From Hydrolagus colliei (lineage: Eukaryota): a stretch of DNA of 64,000 nucleotides. The stretch lies in contig CM068754.1 of the NCBI GenBank assembly GCA_035084275.1, positions 14,322,001 to 14,386,000 on the forward strand. The letters run 5' to 3'. Position numbers and translations under genes: made by a program. Positions 12,081-23,166 of the stretch are shown here, in pieces; position 1 is the first letter of the stretch; every line of letters begins with the position of its first letter. The notes beneath the pieces were generated by a model that saw only the letters and a program-made list of their open reading frames with translations, did not search any database and had not been told where the DNA came from.

Positions 12081-14871
12081 TATTCATCTTTAAAGAGACT
12101 CTATTAGTAGTCTCTAGTTAAGAATTTAATTAGTTGCTTCCTTTCCAATAATGTTGCCATACTTTTTCATATTTGTTTACAGAAATAAATTATTTCATGA
12201 AAAATAATTTCTGCGCATAATATAGCGTAAGCCTGCAACTATAAATTTAGGTTTGCATAGATGCAAATGTCTTCTTCTCTGTAGTACATCCAGGATTTAT
12301 AGATGTTCTTTGTTTCATTAATGAATATATTCGCTTGAGTTACAATTTATGTAGCACCACAAAACTTCTATTTACATTTGATAACAGAAGACACCAGTAG
12401 ATTTTAATAATTGCATATTTTATCACCTTATAAAATATGTAAATCAGTTGAATTTTCAACCCAAGCCTGTTCTGATGATCTTTTAGATTAAAACAATCTT
12501 AGGAGAGAGTTGCCTATTTTAGAAGCTGTAGTTTTTAAACAGGTGTACGAAATAAATTGAACACTGCTGTTCATGTTGGCAAGGAAATGGAATCAAAGAG
12601 GGAAACTCTTGCAGTGGGGGGAAGCACTTTCAATAAAAAATGACTATTAGAACAGAATTGGTTGGAAAGCTGCTTCACAGAAGATTCATACATTGCTCCA
12701 TGGAGGTTTATAATGTATGCATAAGCTCTCCAAACACTTGTTTTTACCTTAAATCTTTGAATCTATTGCTCAATTTCCTCATTGTCGAATTACATTTACT
12801 GTATTTTGTTTCAACTCGACACAGCATGGGTGAGGTGTTGAAATCACCAAGGCAAATTGGAACATGACTTGTGCCTTTTTCCAGCCGTTTAGACTGAACT
12901 AGGTAATCTGTGATTCAAGCAAAATTAACTTTCCAACAGCCATCAATCTCCACCATTGATCACATCTGTTCGTTTGCATGAGAAGCTGATTCTTAACATT
13001 ACCACTTTTTAAACACAGTGATCTGTGGCCCTGGTCCTCACCATTATTACATTTCCTAAATAAAAGGATTTCAGCAGATCTTAGAACTGTTTTAACTGCA
13101 GCTTATTGACAAGATTCAAATCTGTGCAATGAACACAAGCATCTTTCTTTACCAACCGGCTCTCCCTGCTGTTTTCCTTTAGGCTCTGATTTTGCTGCAT
13201 ACAGTTTGTGTAATTGGTAGTGAAACCAAGAAGATTGCAACACCATTCTGAATGTATCCGGGCTGAAATGATCGACGGGCAGGTATTTCATTATACTGGG
13301 AGACTGCTTCCAGACCTGATAAGGAAAATCAGTGTTGATTGAAATGTTGGTCTTCACCAACTCACAATGTATCCTCCAGAGCCAAAAAAATACAAATTCA
13401 GTAGAGCACCATGGCATTGTTTCCACAGGCAAATGTATCATGGAATGCAATGCTGTGTTTTATAAAGCATTGCACAAGAAAGATGTATTTTTGCATTAAC
13501 ATTTTCATGATTGTGCTACACCTTGCTATAAGTCAGCATTGATCAATGAGATCAACTGCTTGATTGTAGAAAGGGAGAATGAGATGTTAAATCAACGGAC
13601 CAAGTTTTTCTTTTGCCCCCCAGGTATAATTTATTGAATACCAAAGTTAAACATCATTTTGTTACGCAATCCAGCAGTGGGCAATATTGGAATCAATGCT
13701 GACACCCAAACAGTGTTTGAGTATGAAAGGTCATCCTTACTGTGATAACAAAAAAGAATTAGATAAACCAGTGTAGATCGCATGGTATTAATTATGTTTT
13801 AATGTATTCTGGTCAATGAATAATTGGAACTGTTTTTTGATGGAGGCAAACTGCACCCTTGAGAGAACTGGCTGATCAGTTTTCTGTTTGTTGAATAAAT
13901 GAGCATTATATTTTTTAATGAATAAATAGTGTAGACAGTTTACAGTTTTGAAAGTGTTGCATTTCGATTTACCAACTTAAAAACAACTGCATAAGACTCT
14001 GTGTAGAAATGGTAAGAAGAAGGGATTTATTTTCATTGCGAAACTACAATGGGCAAAATATATTTTCCAGTTTTAATACTGTGTTCAATGTATATAGTCA
14101 GTTAACACAGTGCAGATGCAACCAATTACATCCCACCAGCTTTGGACTGAGTTTTTTTTCTGTCAGTGTTTTTCATTCAAAATAATAGAAATACTAGAAA
14201 AAATCGAATGCTGTCTTAATTTAACATGGGCCCTTTGAGTTCTGTGTTGTCATATTGAGCGGCCTGGATTATTGTAGTCAGTCTTTTCACATGATTGTAT
14301 TGCATCTTTCACTCTGCAGGGATCACAACATGATAGATCTAGTCTATTGTGTTTGCAAGGCAGTCTCCCAGCTATCTTTTGCTCCAGTTTAGCTTTCTCC
14401 TTGATCTATCAACTTTTCCTCACATGCTACTTATTGAAAGTTTTTACAGCATTGCAGAAATAGAAATGCTATCATGTGGAACAAATGAAAATATTTCTAA
14501 CTTTTTTCTTTTTTTAAAAAAACACTCCAGCAAGTATAGGATGGAAGAATCTAGACTAAGTGCTTGATTAATTTATACGCTATCTACAGATGCTTTCAGT
14601 GACCATAAGATGTGCTGAATGAAGCATTTAAACAATCTCATAAACGCAAAGATATATAGCCAGAATTGTCTTGCTGCAAGAGCATCCATTATAGCTGGTA
14701 AGACATGAACAAGTGTGTGGAGAAGCATCACAAGCTCTTCACTGAGCAAAAGGCAACTAAGTACTGCAGTTGCACTCTGTGATACAAGTGATTCAGACTG
14801 AGATTAATCCATTCTCAGCAGTGGGATAAATAACATATACTCAGATTTGGCCTTGTTCCATGAAGCTGAAT

Positions 14872-15000
14872 TGATCTTCACTGATTTGTTTGTGAATCTG
14901 ATCTTCACTGATTTGTTTGTGAATCTGATCTTCACTGATTTGTTTGTGAATCTGATCTTCACTGATTTGTTTGTGAATCTGATCTTCACTGATTTGTTTG
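14872..15000. repeat. 27-bp perfect minisatellite, 4.8 copies
   Basis: Unit tgatcttcactgatttgtttgtgaatc at 14872, 14899, 14926, 14953, plus a 21-nt partial at 14980. Confidence 0.97.
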
Positions 15001-15254
15001 CCTAAAGCAGCAAAACCTACAACAGGCCAAACTGATGCTTTCAATTCTATCAAGATCTCTGGTAAACGCAATCAATCTTTGACAATTAACATGTTGAATA
15101 ATGGATTGTTAAATAATCCTATTTCTTATACATGTGAGCCCTTGTGTCTACAATAGAAATAAGACTGATTTGTGTGTCTGTTTTTGATACTTCATTTAAG
15201 TAAGAGGAAAAGAATGACCTGCAGATTACTGATTAAACTTAATCAGTAAAAATG
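14997..15254 (+). repeat. local direct duplication, copy 1 (copy 2 at 16212-16494)
   Basis: tttgcctaaagcagcaaa...caagatctctggtaaacgcaatca...gaatgacctgcagatta aligns with 16212-16494 with scattered substitutions and one ~23-nt indel. Confidence 0.95.
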
Positions 15255-16211
15255 AAAACTTACAACAGAGTAGGTAGTTGCAATATTGGTCACTAATCTA
15301 ACATGACGCAAGCCTTTTAAACCCACCCATTATTTATAGATGCTTTCTAACTGAAGGATTGTCTGAACAATCTAATTGATATTGAGACAACATCTTCCTT
15401 GGTGTTAGCCAGTTTCACTAAGTTGTCCTTTAAAACCATTCATCATGATTCTGTTCTCCAGTAAAGCTAAACATAATTTGAATATTATCCAAATGTTATG
15501 AACTCTGATTTGTAAGACTATTCTGTGCTGGACAGCTAGCACTCTCGGAAATCCCAAATTCAAATGATCTGATGGAAAATGTTTCCGGAAATCATATTTT
15601 AACTCGGGTAATTTTTTTTTAGGTGAGGATATTTCTTCCAATAAAAACTTGTGGTTATGGGCATTTCAAGATCTTATCCTAGAGAATGTTTCAATACTTC
15701 TGATCCTCTCCGTTCCTTCTTTGGTGATTCAAAATCAATGCTTCTCTGTGGAGGTTTGATTCAGACAATTTGGGATCTATAGTGAATTAATTAGACAAAA
15801 CGAACAGTAATTATATTTGGGTTTGAGGGCAGAAGTTTTCGTTTTTGCCCGAGAACTAATTTGTAACCTCAAAATGTGAATTAAATGACGTTCATGGTTG
15901 GTAATTTGACCTGCCCTGTTTGAATGAGATGCACAGCAGGCCTAAGAAAAATGTGTTGATGAGCTCTGTCATCATCCAGTTCTATGCTTCAATGGACATG
16001 ACACCACAGCCCTAATTTAATCTCCTCTTGTGAGGACTGCTGTTTGCAGTCAGACAGAATTGGTTGCGCAGTGTAATCGTATCCAATCGAGAATTGCTGG
16101 ACTGTGAACACCAGTTTCTCTGCATCACACTGAGAAGGGATTAAACATGCATCACATCATATGGCAGACTATCTGTTTGTTGGGATCTTCTACTTGGGAG
16201 ATGCTGGACAT

Positions 16212-16494
16212 TTTGCCTAAAGCAGCAAATCGTATAACAGGCCAAACCGATGTATTCAATTCTATCAAGATCTCTGGTAAACGCAATCAGTCTTTGACAA
16301 TCAACATGTTGAATAATGGATTGTTAAATAATCCTATTTCTTATACATGTGAGCCCTTATGTTTACAATAGAAATAAGTCTGATTTGTGTGTCTGTTTTT
16401 GATAGCAATTGCCACAACTAACGGAACATTCATTTAAGTAAGAGGAAAAGAATGACCTGCAGATTAGCTGACATTAAACTTAATTAGTAAAATG
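16212..16494 (+). repeat. local direct duplication, copy 2
   Basis: Matches 14997-15254 and carries an extra gcaattgccacaactaacggaaca (16405-16428). Confidence 0.95.
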
Positions 16495-16779
16495 AGTATC
16501 GTAGGAAGCTACTCAGCCAGGCTTATTAAACTTGCAACAAGAAATGCTTTGAACAGTAAGTGTCGCCAAATATTTCTGTATGACCTACATAGGTATGTTC
16601 TGTGCAAGTTGAAATGGAGCAATGTAAGAGTGCATATACTGTGCCCATAAATGAAGATAATTCATGCAGTTTATTTGCAGTTTATTTTATGTTCTGTATG
16701 TAATCACTGCTGAGACCTTATATATGGTTTGGAGATTTGACAAATCCGTCTAACGTAACAGCCACAACAGCCCTTTGTC

Positions 16780-17180
16780 TTTGCTCATTTGCTCTTTCCT
16801 CTCCACTGTCGACAATATGAAAGTGCAATCAAATTTCACAATCTGCCCCTTCCATTTAGACACCAAGCACAACACTTATTACATCGCTTTCCCCCCCACC
16901 CCCCCTTCTGTAACCGTGGTGCCTTCCTTAACACTGATACTGCCCACCTCCATCTCCAGTTACCTTTACTCTCATTGTCTGTACTGCTGAAGCTCAAGCT
17001 GAGCATCTTTTCAATTTTCCTCTGACTCCCAAGTCTGATCTGCTGGAGATGCTTATTTGTTCTAAATCCCGTTTGCTCACCTTGCTTCCCTTAAATCGCT
17101 CAACTCCAGTCTCCGGTGGCCTAAACTATTCTTTCTTTATCGCTCTAAATTCACCTGCTGTCTCTGCCACTTCACCCCAG
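16780..17180 (+). mobile_element. possible highly degraded L2 ORF2 remnant
   Basis: C/T-rich; translation MLICSKSRLLT at 17049 resembles L2 ILTRTKSRSPIT; ctcattgtctgtactgctgaa resembles L2 LSSSAAE coding. Confidence 0.3.
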
Positions 17181-17675
17181 CTGAATAACTCAAAAAAACT
17201 TTCATCTGTAACAAAATCAGAGCTATCTACTTTACTTTCCGTTCTGCTAAAATATAATTCTTGTGATTTCAACACTTTCTTTTAACAATGATTTTTCTTT
17301 TTGCTTTCTACTGATCAGATGACCTATAATAAAAATAGCGCACAAGAATCTAAATTGAGGCAAAATGTGTATTTCTATCTGTATCAGATGTAGCAATAGG
17401 AAAGTACTCTGGTGTATTCTTGATTTTGGTTGGATCCTACAAGTATCTGTCCTTGAGAATGATATTTCACTGGTTCACATATTGGCAGAAGGACTTGGTA
17501 AATTGCTTGTGCCACTTCCAGACACATTGAGCCCCCATCCTTCCCGTCTGGCAAGAATACAATACCTGCTTTTGAGTTTCAGTTGCCTCGGGGATTCACA
17601 GGTTCTATCCACATCTTGCGGTTGTTCAACGGAAACGTAATGTCTCACGGTTGACGTGCAGAATTTGCTCAGAGT

Positions 17676-18050
17676 GTCAGCTTGGCTCAGTTGGTAGCCC
17701 TCTTGCCTCTGGGACAGCAGGCTGTGGGTTCGAGCCCCACACTAAGTCTTGAGCTGATTATCAAAGATGACAGTCCAGTGGAGTACTGAGACGGAGCTGC
17801 ATTGTTGGATGTATTGTTGTTTGAATAAGATTTTGAATCAGGCTCCCATCTGTCTTCTCCCCCACCCCCCACCTCCCACCCCCCCACCCTCTGGTGCTTC
17901 AAACTCATGTTCAAAATCCCAAGGCAATTGACTTGGGAGTGTTTTCATTGCCTTGGCGAATAATCTTTCATCAACAAAATTTGCCTGAAAATAGATTAAT
18001 TGATCTTTCATCCATTTGCTGATTATGGGATCTTTCTGACACAGATTTGC
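17676..18050 (+). mobile_element. DeuSINE (SacSINE1-like), tRNA head plus Deu domain
   Basis: gtcagcttggctcagttggtagccctcttgcctctg...gtgggttcgagccccac...ccagtggagtactgagacggagctgcattgttgga...aaaatcccaaggca...tagattaattgatc...tgggatctt is colinear with the SacSINE1-type consensus. Confidence 0.8.
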
Positions 18051-18084
18051 CCAATTAAGTAACTCTTCTGCAAAGTGTTTTATT

Positions 18085-18102
18085 TATATATATCCAAATA
18101 AT

Positions 18103-18135
<33 letters not shown>
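18085..18135. repeat. (TA)n microsatellite, interrupted
   Basis: Direct read. Confidence 0.9.
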
Positions 18136-21100
18136 TGCGATATGTTAATGGGTTAAGGTTCTATATCAAATGGAAATATTGTACATTGTGCGGTACTCAG
18201 TAGATGAAGGAGTTTTGTCATTCTTGGACAACAGTTTTGTTCATTTTCAAAGTTATATTTTTGGTGAACTAATTACTGTACTGAGGAGCAGTTGGCAAAA
18301 AATGTGTTGCTGAAGTTTACCTCCCGCAGGGAAGGAGTCACCAGAAAGAATTTCAAGGTCACTCTTCTTGAGCGTTGGCTGTTTCTCCGAACACATGTGA
18401 GGGATTTCCCTTGAGGACATTTGCAAGGCAATGACCAGTCGCAGTTTACATGTTTAGACTGAGCATTAATGTATTGACTTGGCAGGTCAGTAAGCCAAGT
18501 GGTTTGGGATTGCAGTTCTGAAGGTTGGTTGGTCTGAAGACATGGGTCCCTTTGATAGATTATATCTAGACATTAAACTGTACAGTTAATACAGTTAACC
18601 CCCTTCTATCCAAACATGAACATTCAATATCCATCTCCTCTATAGATTCCCCACTCACTAGCTCCAAATTGGCTGATGGCAGGATCATTGCTTGACAAAA
18701 ATGTTCTTTCGCTGTGTTGTACTTGAAGAAAATGTCAACAACTTAAATTCAGCTGTCTTACACATGCTAAAGTAAGTTCAATCTATGGTAACCTGATTAT
18801 GTGATTTGATTCCCTTAAATTCCCCACTATTTTTAGATTCTCTGTTGCTTTTATAGGCAGCCAAAGTGCAGGCAGGCAACTTACTCTAGAGTTTTTCTAA
18901 AGCATGGACAGTGGGACCGTCAAGCTCAGGGCTGTCAAATCTTCTGATATTTGTTTTGTCCTGTGGGAGAGCACTTGGCTCCCACTGAAGTCCTCTAACT
19001 GATGGCTGAGACCTGAGCAATGAGACTGCTCAGACGGAAGAATCCAGGGAATTGAGTGGGCATCCCATCATTGCGTGTCTATGTGGATTAGGAAACCAGC
19101 ATAACCTGATTTGCTTCACTCTGGTAAAACACTAAAATGTGTCCAGCTCAAACATTATTGTTAAACCAATCTTAAAAAAGAATCCCAAATTAATCTGACT
19201 GTTGGTTTTAATTTATGATTTCTGCAAATGCATATGGAATTTTCTCTCTCTAGCAGGTTGTGTTGCCGTATTTTACTGTGTGACTGTGATTGGTTTGTAT
19301 TATACCAAATGGCTTTTACTCAGAAATGTATTCAAGTGCCTCAGGGTAATTCATTTTGATAGAGGAACGCTGGCTTGGTATTTTCACATAAAGAGCAACC
19401 AAATGCCGTAACCAGTCTATTTGCAGATTTGTCCCATCATGTCTGGGACCTCAGTCTAAATGTGAATACAAATGACAATCCAGAATTAATGAGAGGAAAG
19501 ATTGTTCTTTGTTGGTATAAATTAGCAGCACGAATTGGCACGGAAAACGACAGTCCATAAGGAAGTGTTGGTGTGAGAAACCGATAGTTCGCACTTCCAC
19601 TTTGAGGAGTATTGGTGTAAAGATCCATTTTGAGGAATAGGAGAGGGAGCTTCACACTGCACCTGTGTGAGCTGTACTTGGCACAGAAAGTGTACAGCGC
19701 AAGTGAGAGAGTGTTGCACTTTCCAACACTTGACATCACTCACCTTGAAGGAACACAATATTGATAGAAAAAAAATATGACTCTTAGGTTCCTAAGCACA
19801 GCACACCATTCCCTGAGGAGATGGAAGACTGGCCAAAGATGGTATTGAGATGGCTTTACACAGGCATTTCACAAAATGTGGCTGGATTTTCTTATCTCCC
19901 TCCATTAAAGTTCTTATTACAAGAATAGTTAATTAAGATCGAGAGCTTTTCCTGTCAGAGTGGATCAATGTACCTACAACTTCTCTCCTTTGGGAAATGA
20001 GTAAGTAACTGATGTAGTGTACCACTTACAAAGCCAATCTCAAATATGTAGCTATTTAAGAACTATTTGCTTGTTCTTTGGCTTTTAAATTGCAAAAAAA
20101 AAGAATAAATTATGTGTTTGACCACAATACAAATGTCCTCATTGTTTTATTTGCTCTGCACACTTAAAACCTGTGCTTCTCTGCAGTAACACAAAGCCGT
20201 GTGTTTATCTTCTGCTTCACAATCCATTATTAGACCTTACTGCTGCGTGCTGTACTTGACCTTATTGTTCTGTAAAAGTATAATTAATGTGTTGAAATAC
20301 AATGGGAATAGATGGTTTTACTATTGAAACGTGCAAAATGCCAAAAGTGCTGACATTTTTAATTATAGCTGCACTTTGAGGAGGATGGACAGTTCATACA
20401 AATATTGATGCAACTGTCAATAGGTTTGAATTACACCATTTAATGAATTTAATACTTAGAAAATCAAGGGATTTTCAGAATGCATGCGAAATTTCTGGGC
20501 TACAGTTCTTGAAGTTGGCATTAAACAATCTGCTTCATTCAGTTTCTTCCATTTAGCGTATTGAAGCATGTCCATGGTTTTGAAAAACGTAACGTTTGCA
20601 TAAAGTCAACAAAAAGGAAGCGATAAGTTTAAACATGCTTCCTCGCTTCTGACTCCAACCATTTCCCCCTAAACACCATCAGCCATCTGCTCTGGTGCTG
20701 AAACATTTCCTATAGGGATGCACGACTTAACAGATTTTTGTCATCGCTGCTATATCAAGTCAGCACTTTCCTATCATCTTTCCATTTAGATAAGGCACTT
20801 CACAATTGATGGGATGTCAAAAACGCGCTTATGCGGCAATTTAAAGAGTCCATTGGCAGAATAAGGTTAAATGAATCTACACTTCTGTGATGTGTTTTTT
20901 TTAAAGAATTCAAATTAATGCACCTTTTTCTGTATCCTGTGATTTTGCTATGAATACAGATGGAGAAAAAACTAGGATGAAATACAATAATCTTATTCAG
21001 ACACATTTGTACTATTACATCTGTTATAACTTGATTAATCTACCAAAATATAACTTTTCCAGTTTTGTAAAAAAACACAGAATTAAGATGCCCGAATCTT

Positions 21101-22236
21101 TTGTATCCATTAAGACGCTTCCAACTTAAGACACTTATTTTCAATAATGTAAAGCTTCACTTCTAGATTTCCCATATGGTATTACCACTGCCAATATTTC
21201 TACTGACTTCAGCCTTGAAGTCTGCGTTAAGTTGTATAAAGAAAGAAAATCAGCTTCTCCTGGAAAATCTGTTCAGTCATATTACGAATAAGCCCCTATA
21301 CAGAAAAAATAAGCTGTGCAGTTTTATCAGGATATGGACCATCGGTTTACAGTAGAATGTGATCTCACTCCCCTTGCTGAGTGACATTAATTGAGTGACG
21401 GATGGACAGAGCGAACATGTACATTTGGAATGCTCGGTTACCTTTGGACATGGACTCATAAACTTACAACCCAACGAGCAATCGAGAGCTAACGCGTGCT
21501 CTAATTTATTCACAACCAAACGATATGGATACCTTTTCAGCAGTGGTGCTGCAAGCAGTCATGAGTTTTATATATAGAGCTACAGTGTGTGCAGGAGCAA
21601 ACCCCGTCTCTACTTTGTAAACTGCTCACATCAAGGAAACCTGCTTTAAAATTGATTTGTGTTTGGGCGCTGACAAATTCCTAAGTGTGATCTTATTGTC
21701 GGTGACAAGAAATCCATTCTAAGAAGATATCCTTTTGATGTGTGCAGTCTTCATTTGGACTGAAATGAATTGGGCAAACCATTTTTGTGACCAGATTACT
21801 CACTGATCTTTAAACAGCACATCTAAGCTAAAGGGACCTTTGGGAGTTTGGATTAACTGGATAAATTAAAACTCTTTTGATTTTGAATTCATTTTTTTAA
21901 ACGTGTTTTAAAGATTAAAGCGTATCAGCATCAGCATGTCTAATAATAATGTGCGAGGAGCAATTGTGTGGAGAAGTATTTTGCTGGACAAATCAGAAGA
22001 CCCTATGAAGCAAGCTTTTTTTTTGCATATTTAACTCTATCAAATAAATCAGCAGCGGTCATCTGCAAGGGTGTAAAGTGTACAAATCTCCACCAAATTG
22101 CCTTGACTGCAACTATACCTCAAGTATCAAACGATAAGATTGTCACAAATCAGACAGAAGCTGACAATTGCTGACTTGCCTTCTGCTGAATTAATTCATG
22201 TTTTGCAAAGATTTTACTGGAATTTTGTGTTTACAT

Positions 22237-22268
22237 ACAACAATAATCCTTGCATTTGATATAGTGTC
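22237..22268 (-). mobile_element. SINE family A tail fragment
   Basis: caataatccttgcatttgatatagtg. Confidence 0.65.
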
Positions 22269-22282
22269 ATAAGCTTTACATT

Positions 22283-22620
22283 GGGACATTGAGATCCCTC
22301 TTCTAGGCTGACAATCCAAGGCATTGCTGGGGGAGTACTTTGTAGTTGAATGGCGCCATCCTTCAAATTGGCTTTACACTGAAGTCCCGTCTCCCTATTC
22401 ATGCAGATGTTAAAGATCGCATTACACTATTCAAAAAGAGAAGTAAGTTCCTCCTGGTAAATTGGTCATTCACTTCATGGCTGTGATGGAACATTGTTGC
22501 AGGCAAATTGTCTGCCGCATTTGCCAACATAGTCATTTCATTTTTACAGCATTTCATTTGTAGCACTTTGAGGTGACATCCTGACGAGAGACCCAATATC
22601 AAACGTAAGGATTACTACTT
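22283..22620 (+). mobile_element. DeuSINE, headless and diverged
   Basis: tctaggctgacaatcc...gggagtact...gcagatgttaaagatcgcattacactattcaaaaagag...caaattgtctgccgcatttgcc...aatatcaaacgtaaggattactact. Confidence 0.75.
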
Positions 22621-22975
22621 TTATCCATTACAAATAATTTCCCCTTCCTTCAATAACTTGTTTTAAGAAGCTTTGATGAGTATTGTGACTATTATTAATG
22701 AAAAGCAATAACATTGAGTTGCAAATTCTGCTACCTTAGCGCTGAACAAATATTTCCTTGATCCAGATTAAGCAGATGTCTGTCATGTTAAAAAAAAATG
22801 TTTTCTGTGGATGAGAGAATGTTAGTTATATCCATTGAATTGCCAGTGAAGAATCTTTTTTAAGTGCAATGCAATTTCCATGAATGATTCGGATGAAATA
22901 TACTCATCAGTTAAACATTGAAATTGTTACAAACACTGCACATGACAGACTGATAACCCACACTGAATTAAAGAT

Positions 22976-23123
22976 CATAGAATCATCATAGAATTATGCA
23001 TCACAGAAGGAGGCCATTCAGCCCTTCGTGTCACCTCGTCTCTTTGAAAAGAGCTATCCAAATCAATCCCTCTCTCTCTCCCCATCATTACCACGCAAAT
23101 TTGTCCTCTCCAAGGTGTTCAAT
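22976..23123 (-). mobile_element. CR1 LINE 3' terminus
   Basis: catagaatcatcatagaattatgcatcacagaaggaggccattcagccc...tctttgaaaagagctatcca; same family as 50512-50655. Confidence 0.75.
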
Positions 23124-23166
23124 ATAATATGTAAGTATTGAGATAAAAAGGAGGAAATGAATAGTA

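Noticed and set aside
14872-15000. CRISPR-like array
   Set aside because: Units are contiguous with no spacers, there are no cas genes, and the context is eukaryotic.
14804-15071. Repetitive ORFs (KIRFTNKSV)n and (QISEDQIHK)n
   Set aside because: By-products of a 27-bp (multiple of 3) minisatellite; no other coding evidence.
15405-15641. Possible CR1 RT remnant on the minus strand (…ENRIMMNG…)
   Set aside because: Similarity is too weak to support by eye.
19520-19580. miR-15/16-like hairpin (tagcagcacg…)
   Set aside because: Only the first 10 nt match; the putative 3' arm pairs poorly, with large internal mismatches.
21545-21600. TATA-box promoter (ttttatatatagag)
   Set aside because: A common motif in AT-rich DNA, with no downstream gene evidence.
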